Positions 28,502-37,978 of a stretch of 64,000 bases of DNA are shown here, in pieces (the stretch's first letter is position 1; the number at the start of each line of letters is the position of its first letter). The position numbers and the translations under genes were made by a program. The stretch is from a virus (Duplodnaviria > Caudoviricetes), in IMG/VR virus record IMGVR_UViG_3300027754_000037. The stretch is one strand, 5' to 3'. Under the pieces are notes generated by a model, which was given only the letters and a program-made list of their open reading frames with translations, searched no databases and was not told the origin of the DNA.

Positions 28502-30822
28502 TGGCAGATTTAAGTAATTTTCCTGCAATTCTTGACACCAATGTTGAACTCTATCATGTAAGTGATGGACTTCGTGTTGTGCTTGCCGAAGATTATAATC
28601 CCGGCGATACATCAATTACCGTGCTAGGCGACGAAGAAATGATGAGGCGGTTTACACCAACCGGCATCATCACGCTCACGGAACAATGCAGCGAACCAGA
28701 ACTCAGAGCAATCAGTTTTTCCTACACATCCAGAACACTAACCACATTTGATGGATTGATTCTTCTGGATGGTTTTACAGATGTAGGCAAACCAAAATCC
28801 ATCACAAATGTCACCCAAAATGTGATGGCCCAACATCACAACAGTCTCAAAGATGCACTAATAAATATCGAAGAATTTGCAGGGATAAAGGGCGAGGTTG
28901 GACCTCGTCCTCTTGAGGGAACGATGGAAGAACGCATCAACTATCTGAGGAGCATAGTTTTACAACCCAAGGCTTGGTTTTCCAGCAATAAACAAATCGG
29001 TTTGGCTCCTCTAACTGTCGAATTCACCAACAAGAGTTTTCGTTTGGGAACAGACGGCAATTCGCAAACCGTTAGCTATATTTGGGATTTTGAGTATGAT
29101 CCCAGCGTTACCCCAACAACAATCTGTAACGCCACTTCGGTTGTACCATCGACAATCAGCCATGTTCTGATAAGAGATTTGGATGGAGGTGCGATCACAA
29201 AAACCTATTATGACCCCGGAATTTTCAGCGTTAAACTCACCGTGACAAATAATTTTGGCTCTGATAGCGTTATTTTCGACGACTACATTCAAGCTCGTTT
29301 TCCTGCGCCACTTGATGCTTGCATTGAATTCACGCAGCGTGCGAATCAAGTTGTCATACTGGGCACAAATCCTACCGGTGGTCCCTATATTCAGACGAAC
29401 TCAACCACTCCAGTCATTAGAAGTCCTGTCAATAATATCATTGACATGTACATTAACCCCGGAGAAAACACTACAAACGCACCCGGATACACTTTTGCTG
29501 GCGAAGAATTAGATGGAGCTTCTCCTATTGATCCAATTATTCAATACACTTGGTCTTTATCAGATGATATTCCACACAGCAACGCAAGCACAGCAAGAGC
29601 GGTGTATAGCGTTGGTGGTTTTTATGATCTAATTTTGAGGTGCGACACTCAATTTGGTGCATATAAAATTACAAAATATCCCAAGGCTTTTGATATTGTA
29701 GAAAAATTAAATTTATGGCTATGGCTGTCTAATCCCTTGGACTCTTCTGATGTATCTGTATCTGAATTCGGTTTATTAAGCGAAACTTTCAAAACCGCTA
29801 CTGCCAACACCACAATTGCCAGAAATTATACATTTCTAGAAGACAATTCCCCATCTTATGTCGTGCCAAATGAAATTCAACAACAAAGAGAATTTAGAAA
29901 TAATGTAGGTTTTGCCCGCAATACCACCGCATCTTCTGGCAACAATGGTACAGGATATTTGTATTGGGCAACAGGCAGAAGTCCTTTGGACAGTAAATCG
30001 AGTGAAAAAATTCAATCGCTTACTTTTAACGGTTTTACACAATCTTATATTGCCGGTTTTTCAGATGTTTATAGACCTTGGAACTGGGTCGATCTGTATT
30101 CTAGCAGTAAGCTTTGGTTTATTTTGGGAGGTGTCACGACTCTTGATATCAATATTCCTCAAGACACATCTCCAACAAATCAAGTAAAATCTGTAGTTTC
30201 ACTTGGTACTGGAAATGTAGATTCAAGCGTCTCATTTGTACAAACTAATTACAAAAATGGCGCAGATAATTTGCTTAATAATGCAGTTTCATATCCTATA
30301 GGTGGAGGAGACACTCTTCAGGGTCACATGAGTGTTTACCGGTCATGTTGGTTTGATGATGCTGGATATATCCTCAGAAATGAAGGTGTCGGTTCCTTTT
30401 TTAGAATCAAAACTTTCTACAAGACTAGTGGAACATCAGCAGACTATGTGCAGGACATACGAAAATTGCCAGACATGAGCGGCGCAAGCCGTGTTGAGGG
30501 CAAACTTGTTCCACTCAGCTTGGGTGTTTATTTCTTCAGCAACGCTGGTGCTGTTAGTGCATACAGCCCAAGCTCGGGTGTTTGGGGTACGGGTGGTCCC
30601 GGCATCAATAGTCCAGCCTTCCGTGTGCTTCAAGATACAAGCGTGGTCGGCTACGACGATCCAGATCAAACTCTACTCTGCGCTTCGGATGGAGATAAAA
30701 TTGCATATCTCAGTTTTGATTATAGTCAAAAATCTTTTGTAAAGTTCAACGAAACCGACACTACTTTCACCAGCGTCACAGCAAGACCAATTGGAGATCA
30801 GTTTCACATGACGATTTTCTAA
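28501..30822 (+). CDS. PKD-domain virion/fibre protein (paralog 2)
   Basis: AQHHNSLKDALINIE motif; PKAWF...APLTVEFTNKS...WDFE...YYDPGIFSVKLTVTN. Confidence 0.8.
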   Translation: MADLSNFPAILDTNVELYHVSDGLRVVLAEDYNPGDTSITVLGDEEMMRRFTPTGIITLTEQCSEPELRAISFSYTSRTLTTFDGLILLDGFTDVGKPKSITNVTQNVMAQHHNSLKDALINIEEFAGIKGEVGPRPLEGTMEERINYLRSIVLQPKAWFSSNKQIGLAPLTVEFTNKSFRLGTDGNSQTVSYIWDFEYDPSVTPTTICNATSVVPSTISHVLIRDLDGGAITKTYYDPGIFSVKLTVTNNFGSDSVIFDDYIQARFPAPLDACIEFTQRANQVVILGTNPTGGPYIQTNSTTPVIRSPVNNIIDMYINPGENTTNAPGYTFAGEELDGASPIDPIIQYTWSLSDDIPHSNASTARAVYSVGGFYDLILRCDTQFGAYKITKYPKAFDIVEKLNLWLWLSNPLDSSDVSVSEFGLLSETFKTATANTTIARNYTFLEDNSPSYVVPNEIQQQREFRNNVGFARNTTASSGNNGTGYLYWATGRSPLDSKSSEKIQSLTFNGFTQSYIAGFSDVYRPWNWVDLYSSSKLWFILGGVTTLDINIPQDTSPTNQVKSVVSLGTGNVDSSVSFVQTNYKNGADNLLNNAVSYPIGGGDTLQGHMSVYRSCWFDDAGYILRNEGVGSFFRIKTFYKTSGTSADYVQDIRKLPDMSGASRVEGKLVPLSLGVYFFSNAGAVSAYSPSSGVWGTGGPGINSPAFRVLQDTSVVGYDDPDQTLLCASDGDKIAYLSFDYSQKSFVKFNETDTTFTSVTARPIGDQFHMTIF

Positions 30823-30865
30823 GTGTAATTCTACATACTTTTATTACAAAAAGGGATCATTTTAA

Positions 30866-33490
30866 GTGCCATATTTATTTCCACCAGCACCTGTCTACCC
30901 AAACGACTACGATAGTGATCAAACACTATTTGTAGTTTATAACACTTCGGAAACCGTCACCACAGCAGAGAATCAGCCTTGGTCTGATGAAATCTCCATC
31001 AAGCCTGTAGCTGCCGACAAAGATGAAATGTGGTCAGACAACGGATTTGCCAACATAGATGGTGAATTGTTTTACTATGGATCTGTTGAGTACGATGGCA
31101 ATAGCAAAATAAATAAATTCAAACAATGTTGCCGTAATATTGGTGGAACACATACCAAAAGAACCTTAGCGGGTGCTGAAGTTCGTGGTTTCGTAATCGC
31201 AGAACATCACAACCAGATTGTTGATGCCATTGTTAAAATCGAAAACTTCGTTGGATACAACTTCACTCCTGACACAGCTTCTTTGGACTGGAGAATTAGA
31301 AATCTTCAAAATCTTGAAGTAATTTTTGACGACTTTTCCTGCCCTGATGTTGTCTTTGATTTTTTTGTGATTGAAAACAACCCCACTACAGGCATTTTGG
31401 CCCAATATAACATTACAATCACAGGAATTTTCACAAGTTATCGGTTAGATTTTGGAGATGGAACATACACGACTACCTCTCAGAATGGCACACACAGGTA
31501 TGCTCCTAACGCCTCAATTGATCCTGCGCTGACCGTAGCAAACAACAAATGTACTCTTGTTCAAACTCCAATTGAAAGATTGAATGTAACTGAACCTACA
31601 GCACAAAAACCAACCACAGCTTTTGAAATCCCTATTCCTGCTTTGCCTACTATTCCTCAATTCACGGTGCCAACAATTACGGTGCCATCTTTGGTTCCGC
31701 AATTGCCTCCTATTGTGTTTCCGTGTTTGAATGTTGGGCCTATTGGGCCAATCAACATACCATCGGTAATTAGCGTAATTCCCGGCATCAACATACCCTC
31801 ATTGGTGTCAATCACACCTGTGAGCTTGCCGTCTAAGATTACCATAACTCCTGTAACTATTCCAGATAAAATTACTTTTAATCAACCTAAAATTCCTGAC
31901 ACAATCACGATCAGTCCAGCACCAACTATTCCAAACATCAAAATTGATCCTGTTCCTACAATTCCCAATATTAAATTTGACACATTTCCAACATTTCCGA
32001 CTACAATTGGTTTTGGTCCGTTCCCGACTTTCCCAACTAAATTCACATTTGGTAGCTTCCCGACTTTCCCAACTAAGTTTACATTTGGTCCGTTCCCGAC
32101 TTATCCAACTCAATTTAGTTTCGGTGATTTTCCAAGCTTTCCAACAAATATCGGATTCGATCCACTTTTCATTCCAACAAGCATTGGTTTTGATAATGTT
32201 CCGAACTTTCCGACTTCTATTCCTATTTCTTTTCCTAAAATACCAACTATTCCTGTTGCTCCAATCAATGTGCCAGAGATTAAGGTTGATTTTGGACCTG
32301 CACCAAAATTTGATCCAATCGAAATCACCAGCAAAATTACAATACCAACTATAGAATTCGGTCCAGCGCCAACATTCCCGGCATCGATTCCCTTCGTAAA
32401 TCCTCCGTGTTTGCCTGCCGTGATCGTTATCACGGCTGCTGGTATTCCTACTATTCCAGACACTATTACAATTACAGGACCTAATATTCCAAATAGTATC
32501 AAATTTGAAAATCCACCGGCATTTCCGAAGATCAAATTTGACAATCCTCCGGTATTTCCGAAAATTCAATTCGATAATGCTCCAAAAATTCCAGACAAGA
32601 TCACATTCGATAATGCTCCAAAAATTCCTACTACTATCGGCTTCGGACCCGCTCCTAAGTTTCCAGATACAATTAACTTCGGGCCGAATCCTTTACCTAG
32701 TCAAATTACCTTTGGTCCCAACCCTCTGCCTACTACAATCGGTTTTGGCCCAGCGCCAAAACTTGGTCCTGTAGAATTTGGTCCACACAACTTACCAGCA
32801 CAGATCAACTTTGGAACCGCTCCAACCATTTCGGTTTCATGGGGTACGCCTCCTACTGTATCATGTGTCGTATCGGTGCAATGTCCGTCCAACACTCCTT
32901 TCTACAAGCCTGCAAGTTTGTTTGAGGAGGAGAAAGCATATGCTCCTCTTGAACCTCTTGAAGTTCAAATGTCAGATTTGGGAATCCCTTCAGAAATATT
33001 GGTCAAGGTTCCAGAAATACCGGACATCAAAATTCTGCACGATATGCCTGCTGTCATTCGTATAGAAATTCCAAATATTCCAGATATCAGAATTATCGGT
33101 CCTGCGACTCCAATTCCAAGTATTATCAGGATTGACGCAGAAGGACTGCCCTTGGCCATAGAGCTAATTGCAATCAATCTTCCTTCAGCAATCAAGCTGG
33201 ACACTACAGGATTGCCATCTACGATTAAATTGGATATCCCAGATCAATTTCCGATGATTAAATTGGACACATCTGGGATTCCAGACAAAATTCAAGTTGT
33301 TGGAATTCCATCGGTAATCGAATTGATTGGCGCACCAAGTGAAATCAAGTTGGTCCTGCCCGACAAGCCAGAAATTGAACTGGTTTACAGGGGAGCTCCG
33401 ATTGATGTGAAAATCAATCTTGATATCAGCAAACTTACTGGCGAAAACTCCAACGCCCAATGCGTGGCTATCGTGCCCTGCTCAAATTAA
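30866..33490 (+). CDS. Fibre-like protein (paralog 3) with PKD remnant and a long Pro-rich repeat domain
   Basis: AEHHNQIVDAIVKIE; LDFGDG; then about 580 aa of Pro/Ile/Phe/Thr-rich repeats; GTG start. Confidence 0.8.
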   Translation: MPYLFPPAPVYPNDYDSDQTLFVVYNTSETVTTAENQPWSDEISIKPVAADKDEMWSDNGFANIDGELFYYGSVEYDGNSKINKFKQCCRNIGGTHTKRTLAGAEVRGFVIAEHHNQIVDAIVKIENFVGYNFTPDTASLDWRIRNLQNLEVIFDDFSCPDVVFDFFVIENNPTTGILAQYNITITGIFTSYRLDFGDGTYTTTSQNGTHRYAPNASIDPALTVANNKCTLVQTPIERLNVTEPTAQKPTTAFEIPIPALPTIPQFTVPTITVPSLVPQLPPIVFPCLNVGPIGPINIPSVISVIPGINIPSLVSITPVSLPSKITITPVTIPDKITFNQPKIPDTITISPAPTIPNIKIDPVPTIPNIKFDTFPTFPTTIGFGPFPTFPTKFTFGSFPTFPTKFTFGPFPTYPTQFSFGDFPSFPTNIGFDPLFIPTSIGFDNVPNFPTSIPISFPKIPTIPVAPINVPEIKVDFGPAPKFDPIEITSKITIPTIEFGPAPTFPASIPFVNPPCLPAVIVITAAGIPTIPDTITITGPNIPNSIKFENPPAFPKIKFDNPPVFPKIQFDNAPKIPDKITFDNAPKIPTTIGFGPAPKFPDTINFGPNPLPSQITFGPNPLPTTIGFGPAPKLGPVEFGPHNLPAQINFGTAPTISVSWGTPPTVSCVVSVQCPSNTPFYKPASLFEEEKAYAPLEPLEVQMSDLGIPSEILVKVPEIPDIKILHDMPAVIRIEIPNIPDIRIIGPATPIPSIIRIDAEGLPLAIELIAINLPSAIKLDTTGLPSTIKLDIPDQFPMIKLDTSGIPDKIQVVGIPSVIELIGAPSEIKLVLPDKPEIELVYRGAPIDVKINLDISKLTGENSNAQCVAIVPCSN
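31980..32830 (+). repeat. Tandem 33-36 nt coding repeats (FGPFPTFPTKFT, FDNAPKIPDKIT, FGPNPLPSQIT)
   Basis: Visible near-identical units such as TTCCCGACTTTCCCAACTAA at 36-nt spacing. Confidence 0.85.
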
Positions 33491-33591
33491 TCTACAAAGT
33501 AAATCATAGCAACAAATTGCTAGTTTACTCGGAGTTAGTCTGAGCGCAATTTATATGACTAAGACAAATAAGTTTTAAACTATGATATTTC

Positions 33592-34455
33592 ATGGAACCA
33601 ATTATCAAGAAAACGAATGATGGCAACCAATATTATTTGACTCCCCAGAATCTGTGGGTCAGAAATTTCTGTTTGGAGCAAGTGCCATTTGTTGACATCA
33701 ACAAGACAATCAGACCAGAAGATCATTTTACTTTTCTTGAAAATGAAGTGAGAAACGCACAGAACAAATATGTTTGGATTGATACAGAAGAATTCAGTAT
33801 GACGAATGTCGTCATCGTGTCGGACGGATATGAATTTGAAAAAAAACAACAACTGTTGGCCAAATTGCCAAAAGATGTAACGATCATAGCTGTTAACGGA
33901 GCTTTGTCGAAATGGAATCTGCCGAATAGAATTCCATCTTGGTACATAGCCAACAATCCTTACGAAGAATGTATGAGATTTTTTCCCAGAAGGCTTAGAA
34001 TTCTGCCTAGGGTTGTCGCATCAATTAGAACTAATCACAAATTCATGACCCTTTATCGTGGACAAAAATTCAGATACTATCCAGTCAATGAAAAACAATA
34101 TGCGAGTATTGGCCAAAAAGATGTTGCTTGGCAGGTTGATGATTATAGAAATCCAATTTGTGCAGCAATACATATCGCTGTCAAATTTGGAGCATTAAAT
34201 ATTCTTTTGTTTTGTTGCGATAACAGCTTTGAACTTGAAAGGCCGGGTGCGGAAAAGCTCGAAAACGGTTTGTATCAGTATCCTCAGCAAAACATAGTAA
34301 ATGGTTTAATTGACGGTCAATTTTTCTGGTTGAAAAGCCACCCTTATTTTGATTATGAGATCGGCAATTGTTCAAGTGGTAAAGATTATGAGTTTGCTGA
34401 ATATATATCTGAGGAAAAAATGTTTTCCTTTTTTCAACAAGGCGGTGAAAAATGA
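33592..34455 (+). CDS. Maf/DUF115 (MptE-like) family protein, divergent
   Basis: VVIVSDG, TIIAVNGAL, PSWYIANNP, AAIHIAVKFGALNILLFCCDNSF. Confidence 0.6.
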   Translation: MEPIIKKTNDGNQYYLTPQNLWVRNFCLEQVPFVDINKTIRPEDHFTFLENEVRNAQNKYVWIDTEEFSMTNVVIVSDGYEFEKKQQLLAKLPKDVTIIAVNGALSKWNLPNRIPSWYIANNPYEECMRFFPRRLRILPRVVASIRTNHKFMTLYRGQKFRYYPVNEKQYASIGQKDVAWQVDDYRNPICAAIHIAVKFGALNILLFCCDNSFELERPGAEKLENGLYQYPQQNIVNGLIDGQFFWLKSHPYFDYEIGNCSSGKDYEFAEYISEEKMFSFFQQGGEK

Positions 34456-34757
34456 ACACAAGGAATGACACGGACCCATTTGGTCCTTTTAATTTTAGTG
34501 ATTTCAAAAAATGGATGTCTCACCAAAACGATGCTCGCAAGAACAGCATGATTGGTGTAAAAGTCGAATCCAAAATACCCATCAAAAAACTTCTTTCAAG
34601 AATTGAAGCACAAGAAGGGGATATCACAGAAGTTGCCAAAGACTTCAAAAAACATGGTGGTACTATAACAGAAGAAAATGGGTATTACATGTATGTCTCT
34701 GTCGATAGTGGAAACTTCATGATCCATAAAATGCACATCAAGCGTGCAGACGACTAG
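34452..34757 (+). CDS. Hypothetical protein
   Basis: ATGA overlap with the upstream gene. Confidence 0.7.
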   Translation: MNTRNDTDPFGPFNFSDFKKWMSHQNDARKNSMIGVKVESKIPIKKLLSRIEAQEGDITEVAKDFKKHGGTITEENGYYMYVSVDSGNFMIHKMHIKRADD

Positions 34758-35119
34758 CCCTTCTGAACCATAATTATTCTGGTTGGAAGATTCGCAACAT
34801 TAACGACTGGCGTAGGAAAATTGCTTGCCACAAACTCAGGCTGTTCGCTCATGGGCAGATTGGAATAACCTCTGTTCCTGAGCGATGCCTTAAGCAAATC
34901 ATAGGTATCAGCAGCTTCCAGCCATAATTCCCAAAGCATCCTGTTATCGTAAACAATTTGTTTGATTTCACTCGTCCAGTTAACTGGCAGATTCAAAATA
35001 TCCAGATTTTCAACACGACTAGCCAAAATGGGCCTGCCGAATAACTTTGCAAAAATACGAATTCCAGCCTTGTCTCTTCGTCCCAAATATAGGTAAAGAT
35101 TCACATTCGTAGTAGCCAC
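34754..35119 (-). CDS. Hypothetical protein
   Basis: 121-aa ORF whose GTG start overlaps the upstream TAG. Confidence 0.65.
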   Translation of the reverse strand: MATTNVNLYLYLGRRDKAGIRIFAKLFGRPILASRVENLDILNLPVNWTSEIKQIVYDNRMLWELWLEAADTYDLLKASLRNRGYSNLPMSEQPEFVASNFPTPVVNVANLPTRIIMVQKG

Positions 35120-35280
35120 TATTGTTTCTCACTCTTATAATTTTCTGGGTTCTGATTGAAAAGTTCTTCAAGAACTATTTCCATTACTAAGCGAGTAAAA
35201 GAATCGTCAGAACCAAACTGCGATGCAAAAGCTTGCAAAGCCTCTACTCCTGAGTTTGCGTCATCTTGGTGTTTTTTCAT
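35119..35280 (-). CDS. Small hypothetical protein (53 aa)
   Basis: TAG/GTG coupling to the next gene; TACATA element 16 nt upstream on the minus strand. Confidence 0.45.
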   Translation of the reverse strand: MKKHQDDANSGVEALQAFASQFGSDDSFTRLVMEIVLEELFNQNPENYKSEKQ

Positions 35281-35902
35281 GATTCCACTTCCTGAATATG
35301 TAAAAATCAAAGACAATTATTGCATTGTTTACTTTGGAAATTGCAAAGAATATATCGTGCAACTTCGTTTGCTGCGACCAATCATGGAAAAGACCTTTGC
35401 AGGATTGCAAGTTTATCTAGCCTGCAAAGATGAATATATGTACTTGCTGAACAATGAGTCAAAAACTCTCTCGGCATCGTCTCTCAAGACACAGAAACAA
35501 AAATTCGCTTATATTCGTGAAATTTATACGGAAATCAACAAACATCCAGTTGAAGAACTGATGTTGGAATCTGAAATAACTTTTCAACCAATTTGCAATA
35601 ACATAATCCATCCTGAACTCATTAAGGGGTCGTGCCTGTTGTTAACTACAGCTAATCTTCCGACAAGAAGTCTGAATGCAAATCAAATCACACACGCTTT
35701 GGATTACATCAGAAAACAAGGTTGTCAGGCGCACTTCAATAAAAAAATAGATGATTTTGATTGGGTTGTTGGTGTCGAGAACGAAAATCTTTACGAGGCT
35801 GCGTCTCAGGGCAAAAAAGTTACTCTTATTCCCACAGGATTTGGTGAAAATCTTTTTAAGAAGATGTTTCCTGCTTCTGGAATTCTTCGCATTCCTGCCT
35901 GA
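35279..35902 (+). CDS. Divergent GT-B (family 9 heptosyltransferase-like) protein
   Basis: IVQLRLLRPIMEKTF..., FDWVVGVENENLYEAASQGKKVTLI resembles GT9 vigvDSGplHlAaalgkp. Start reassigned from 35156. Confidence 0.5.
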   Translation: MIPLPEYVKIKDNYCIVYFGNCKEYIVQLRLLRPIMEKTFAGLQVYLACKDEYMYLLNNESKTLSASSLKTQKQKFAYIREIYTEINKHPVEELMLESEITFQPICNNIIHPELIKGSCLLLTTANLPTRSLNANQITHALDYIRKQGCQAHFNKKIDDFDWVVGVENENLYEAASQGKKVTLIPTGFGENLFKKMFPASGILRIPA

Positions 35903-35962
35903 ACTGCATAAATACACTTGTGAGGTAGCAATTTTTGCTTATAAAAAACTCCAAGGAGAAAA

Positions 35963-36541
35963 ATGAGCGTATTTACAGTAAAGTTAAACAACAGCACTCA
36001 AGGTGGCTTGGATATGAATCCCCAATCTTTGGGCCAGTTTACTACAAGCGTCCAGCGCACTATTTTCGTGACTGGACCAAAAAGAATTTATCGCAAACTT
36101 TTCGATGGCGAAACATTCACGGACTGCAATTACTGGAAGAAATTTGCGGTGCCTAATCTTCCCGCCGATCAAGCTTTCATCGAAGTAACTACCGATGATG
36201 GTTCCATTTACAGCGAAGTGGATGAAGAAAATAACTATCCTAAGGTCTATTCTTTGACCGTGGACGATGGATCGGATTTTGTCGATAATGTATGCGATAT
36301 TGTTGGAGATACAGGTTCCACAGCAAATTTTGTACAGATCAACTCCACCAATTCTTCTGGCGGCGATGTGAGAGTAAAACTCAACGGCATGACCGGAGCG
36401 ATTTTTGACCTCAAAGCTGGTGATACTCAAGTTTTCAACTATGGCGACCTTGCCGTAACCAAGTTGGCATTCGACAACTCCAGCGGAACCGATGCCGAAA
36501 TTCAAGTCATCGTATCCGTCAAGAGTTCCTGCCTTAGCTAA
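35963..36541 (+). CDS. Probable abundant virion structural protein
   Basis: Own CATAAATA element (35907-35914), GGAG RBS, beta-rich sequence and its own terminator. Confidence 0.6.
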   Translation: MSVFTVKLNNSTQGGLDMNPQSLGQFTTSVQRTIFVTGPKRIYRKLFDGETFTDCNYWKKFAVPNLPADQAFIEVTTDDGSIYSEVDEENNYPKVYSLTVDDGSDFVDNVCDIVGDTGSTANFVQINSTNSSGGDVRVKLNGMTGAIFDLKAGDTQVFNYGDLAVTKLAFDNSSGTDAEIQVIVSVKSSCLS

Positions 36542-36559
36542 ATTAAAAATCAATTAAAG

Positions 36560-36588
36560 AAACCCAGCCTTTATTGGCTGGGTTTTTT
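36560..36588 (+). terminator. Intrinsic terminator
   Basis: AAACCCAGCC-TTTATT-GGCTGGGTTT followed by a T-tract. Confidence 0.85.
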
Positions 36589-36670
36589 ATTTTGTCGAGA
36601 AAAATAGCGCTATTTTTAATATTGTAGAACTAACTATATTGAATGTGGAGCAAGTATTTCAGGTGTAAAT

Positions 36671-36907
36671 TTGGCAAATTTAATCAGACCAAACAGCGTC
36701 AAAGTTGTGACTCAGGATGGTGAAGTTCAAGTAACTATTGCACTTGAACTTACTATCAACCTGAACGCAAACGGTCTTGATGTATCTGCAAATACACAAG
36801 ATACAAATTATGTCCCTACGGTCAAAAAACCAAAAGAGGACAAGGTTGAGTGGGAAATTCCAGATTTTAGCGCATTTCCCAAGGTGGATTTTGGGAAAAA
36901 AGAGTGA
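36671..36907 (+). CDS. Small hypothetical protein upstream of the actin-like gene
   Basis: 78-aa ORF with a TTG start. Confidence 0.6.
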   Translation: MANLIRPNSVKVVTQDGEVQVTIALELTINLNANGLDVSANTQDTNYVPTVKKPKEDKVEWEIPDFSAFPKVDFGKKE

Positions 36908-36951
36908 TGTGAAATGATTGGTATATACAGCATAAAAAAAGGAGAGTCCAA

Positions 36952-37956
36952 ATGTTAGGTTTCGATTGCGGGACTTACAACTTGGTTTGTTGTTCCAGAG
37001 ACAAAGAAAGAAATTTTTCCTACAAGAGGGAAGTCAATGCCTTCTTGGAGCTTCCTTTGGAAAACCGATTTGTTTTCAACATGATGAAAACCGCTGGTGT
37101 TCCTTTGATTGAAAGGGAAAAAGTAGCTTATGCCCTAGGTGAGGCGGCGGTTAATATGACCTACACCATGAGCGCACTCGAACTTAAGCGCCCTATGATT
37201 CACGGCTGTGTAAATCCCAAGGAAAAAGACGCTTTCCAGATCATGAGCATCATGATGCATAGTTTGATCGACAATGTCAAAAAAGACGGTGAAGTCCTAT
37301 ATTATTGCGTTCCATCCAACGCCATCAATCAAGACACAGACGCAGACTATCACCAAAGAATCCTCGATGCCATTTTCAAGGCGTATAGGAACGAGACTGG
37401 TTACAAGGTTGATGCGCATCCAATCAATGAAGCTCTTGCTTTGGTCTATGCAGAATTGGCTCAAAAAGCATTTACTGGAATCGCCATGTCATTTGGTGGT
37501 GGCATGATCAATGTCTGCTACGCCATGTATGGCAATCCTGCCTTTAAGTTTGCAATCGTGAATTCCGGCGACTGGATTGATCGTCAAGCTGCCAAGGCTA
37601 CTGGCGAAAGTATCAGCTTTATCAATAAAGAAAAAACAAAGATTGATCTTACAAAGCAACCTACAAACCTTGTTGAAAGAGCAATCCACACGCAATACAG
37701 GCTTATGATTGAACACACCGTGACTGGGCTCAAGCAAGGATTCTCAGATGTTACCAAGACCGTCAGAACTGACGCTCCAGTTGATGTCGTAATTGCAGGA
37801 GGCACAAGCTCTCCTAACGGTTTCGGAGAACTGTTTAGGGAGACAATTTCTCAGGCAGACCTACCAATCAAAATTGGCACAATCATTAAACCATCAGACC
37901 CTCTGTACTCTGTAAGCCGTGGGTGCCTTTTGGCAGCAGAAGCTGCTGTTGGATAA
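36952..37956 (+). CDS. Actin-like ATPase (volactin/MreB/MamK superfamily)
   Basis: Phosphate-1 GFDCGTYN, connect-1 PINEALA, phosphate-2 SFGGGMIN, adenosine IAGGTS, connect-2 SRGCLLAA; GGAG RBS. Confidence 0.9.
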   Translation: MLGFDCGTYNLVCCSRDKERNFSYKREVNAFLELPLENRFVFNMMKTAGVPLIEREKVAYALGEAAVNMTYTMSALELKRPMIHGCVNPKEKDAFQIMSIMMHSLIDNVKKDGEVLYYCVPSNAINQDTDADYHQRILDAIFKAYRNETGYKVDAHPINEALALVYAELAQKAFTGIAMSFGGGMINVCYAMYGNPAFKFAIVNSGDWIDRQAAKATGESISFINKEKTKIDLTKQPTNLVERAIHTQYRLMIEHTVTGLKQGFSDVTKTVRTDAPVDVVIAGGTSSPNGFGELFRETISQADLPIKIGTIIKPSDPLYSVSRGCLLAAEAAVG

Positions 37957-37978
37957 CACAAAGAAAGAAGGAAAAAGA

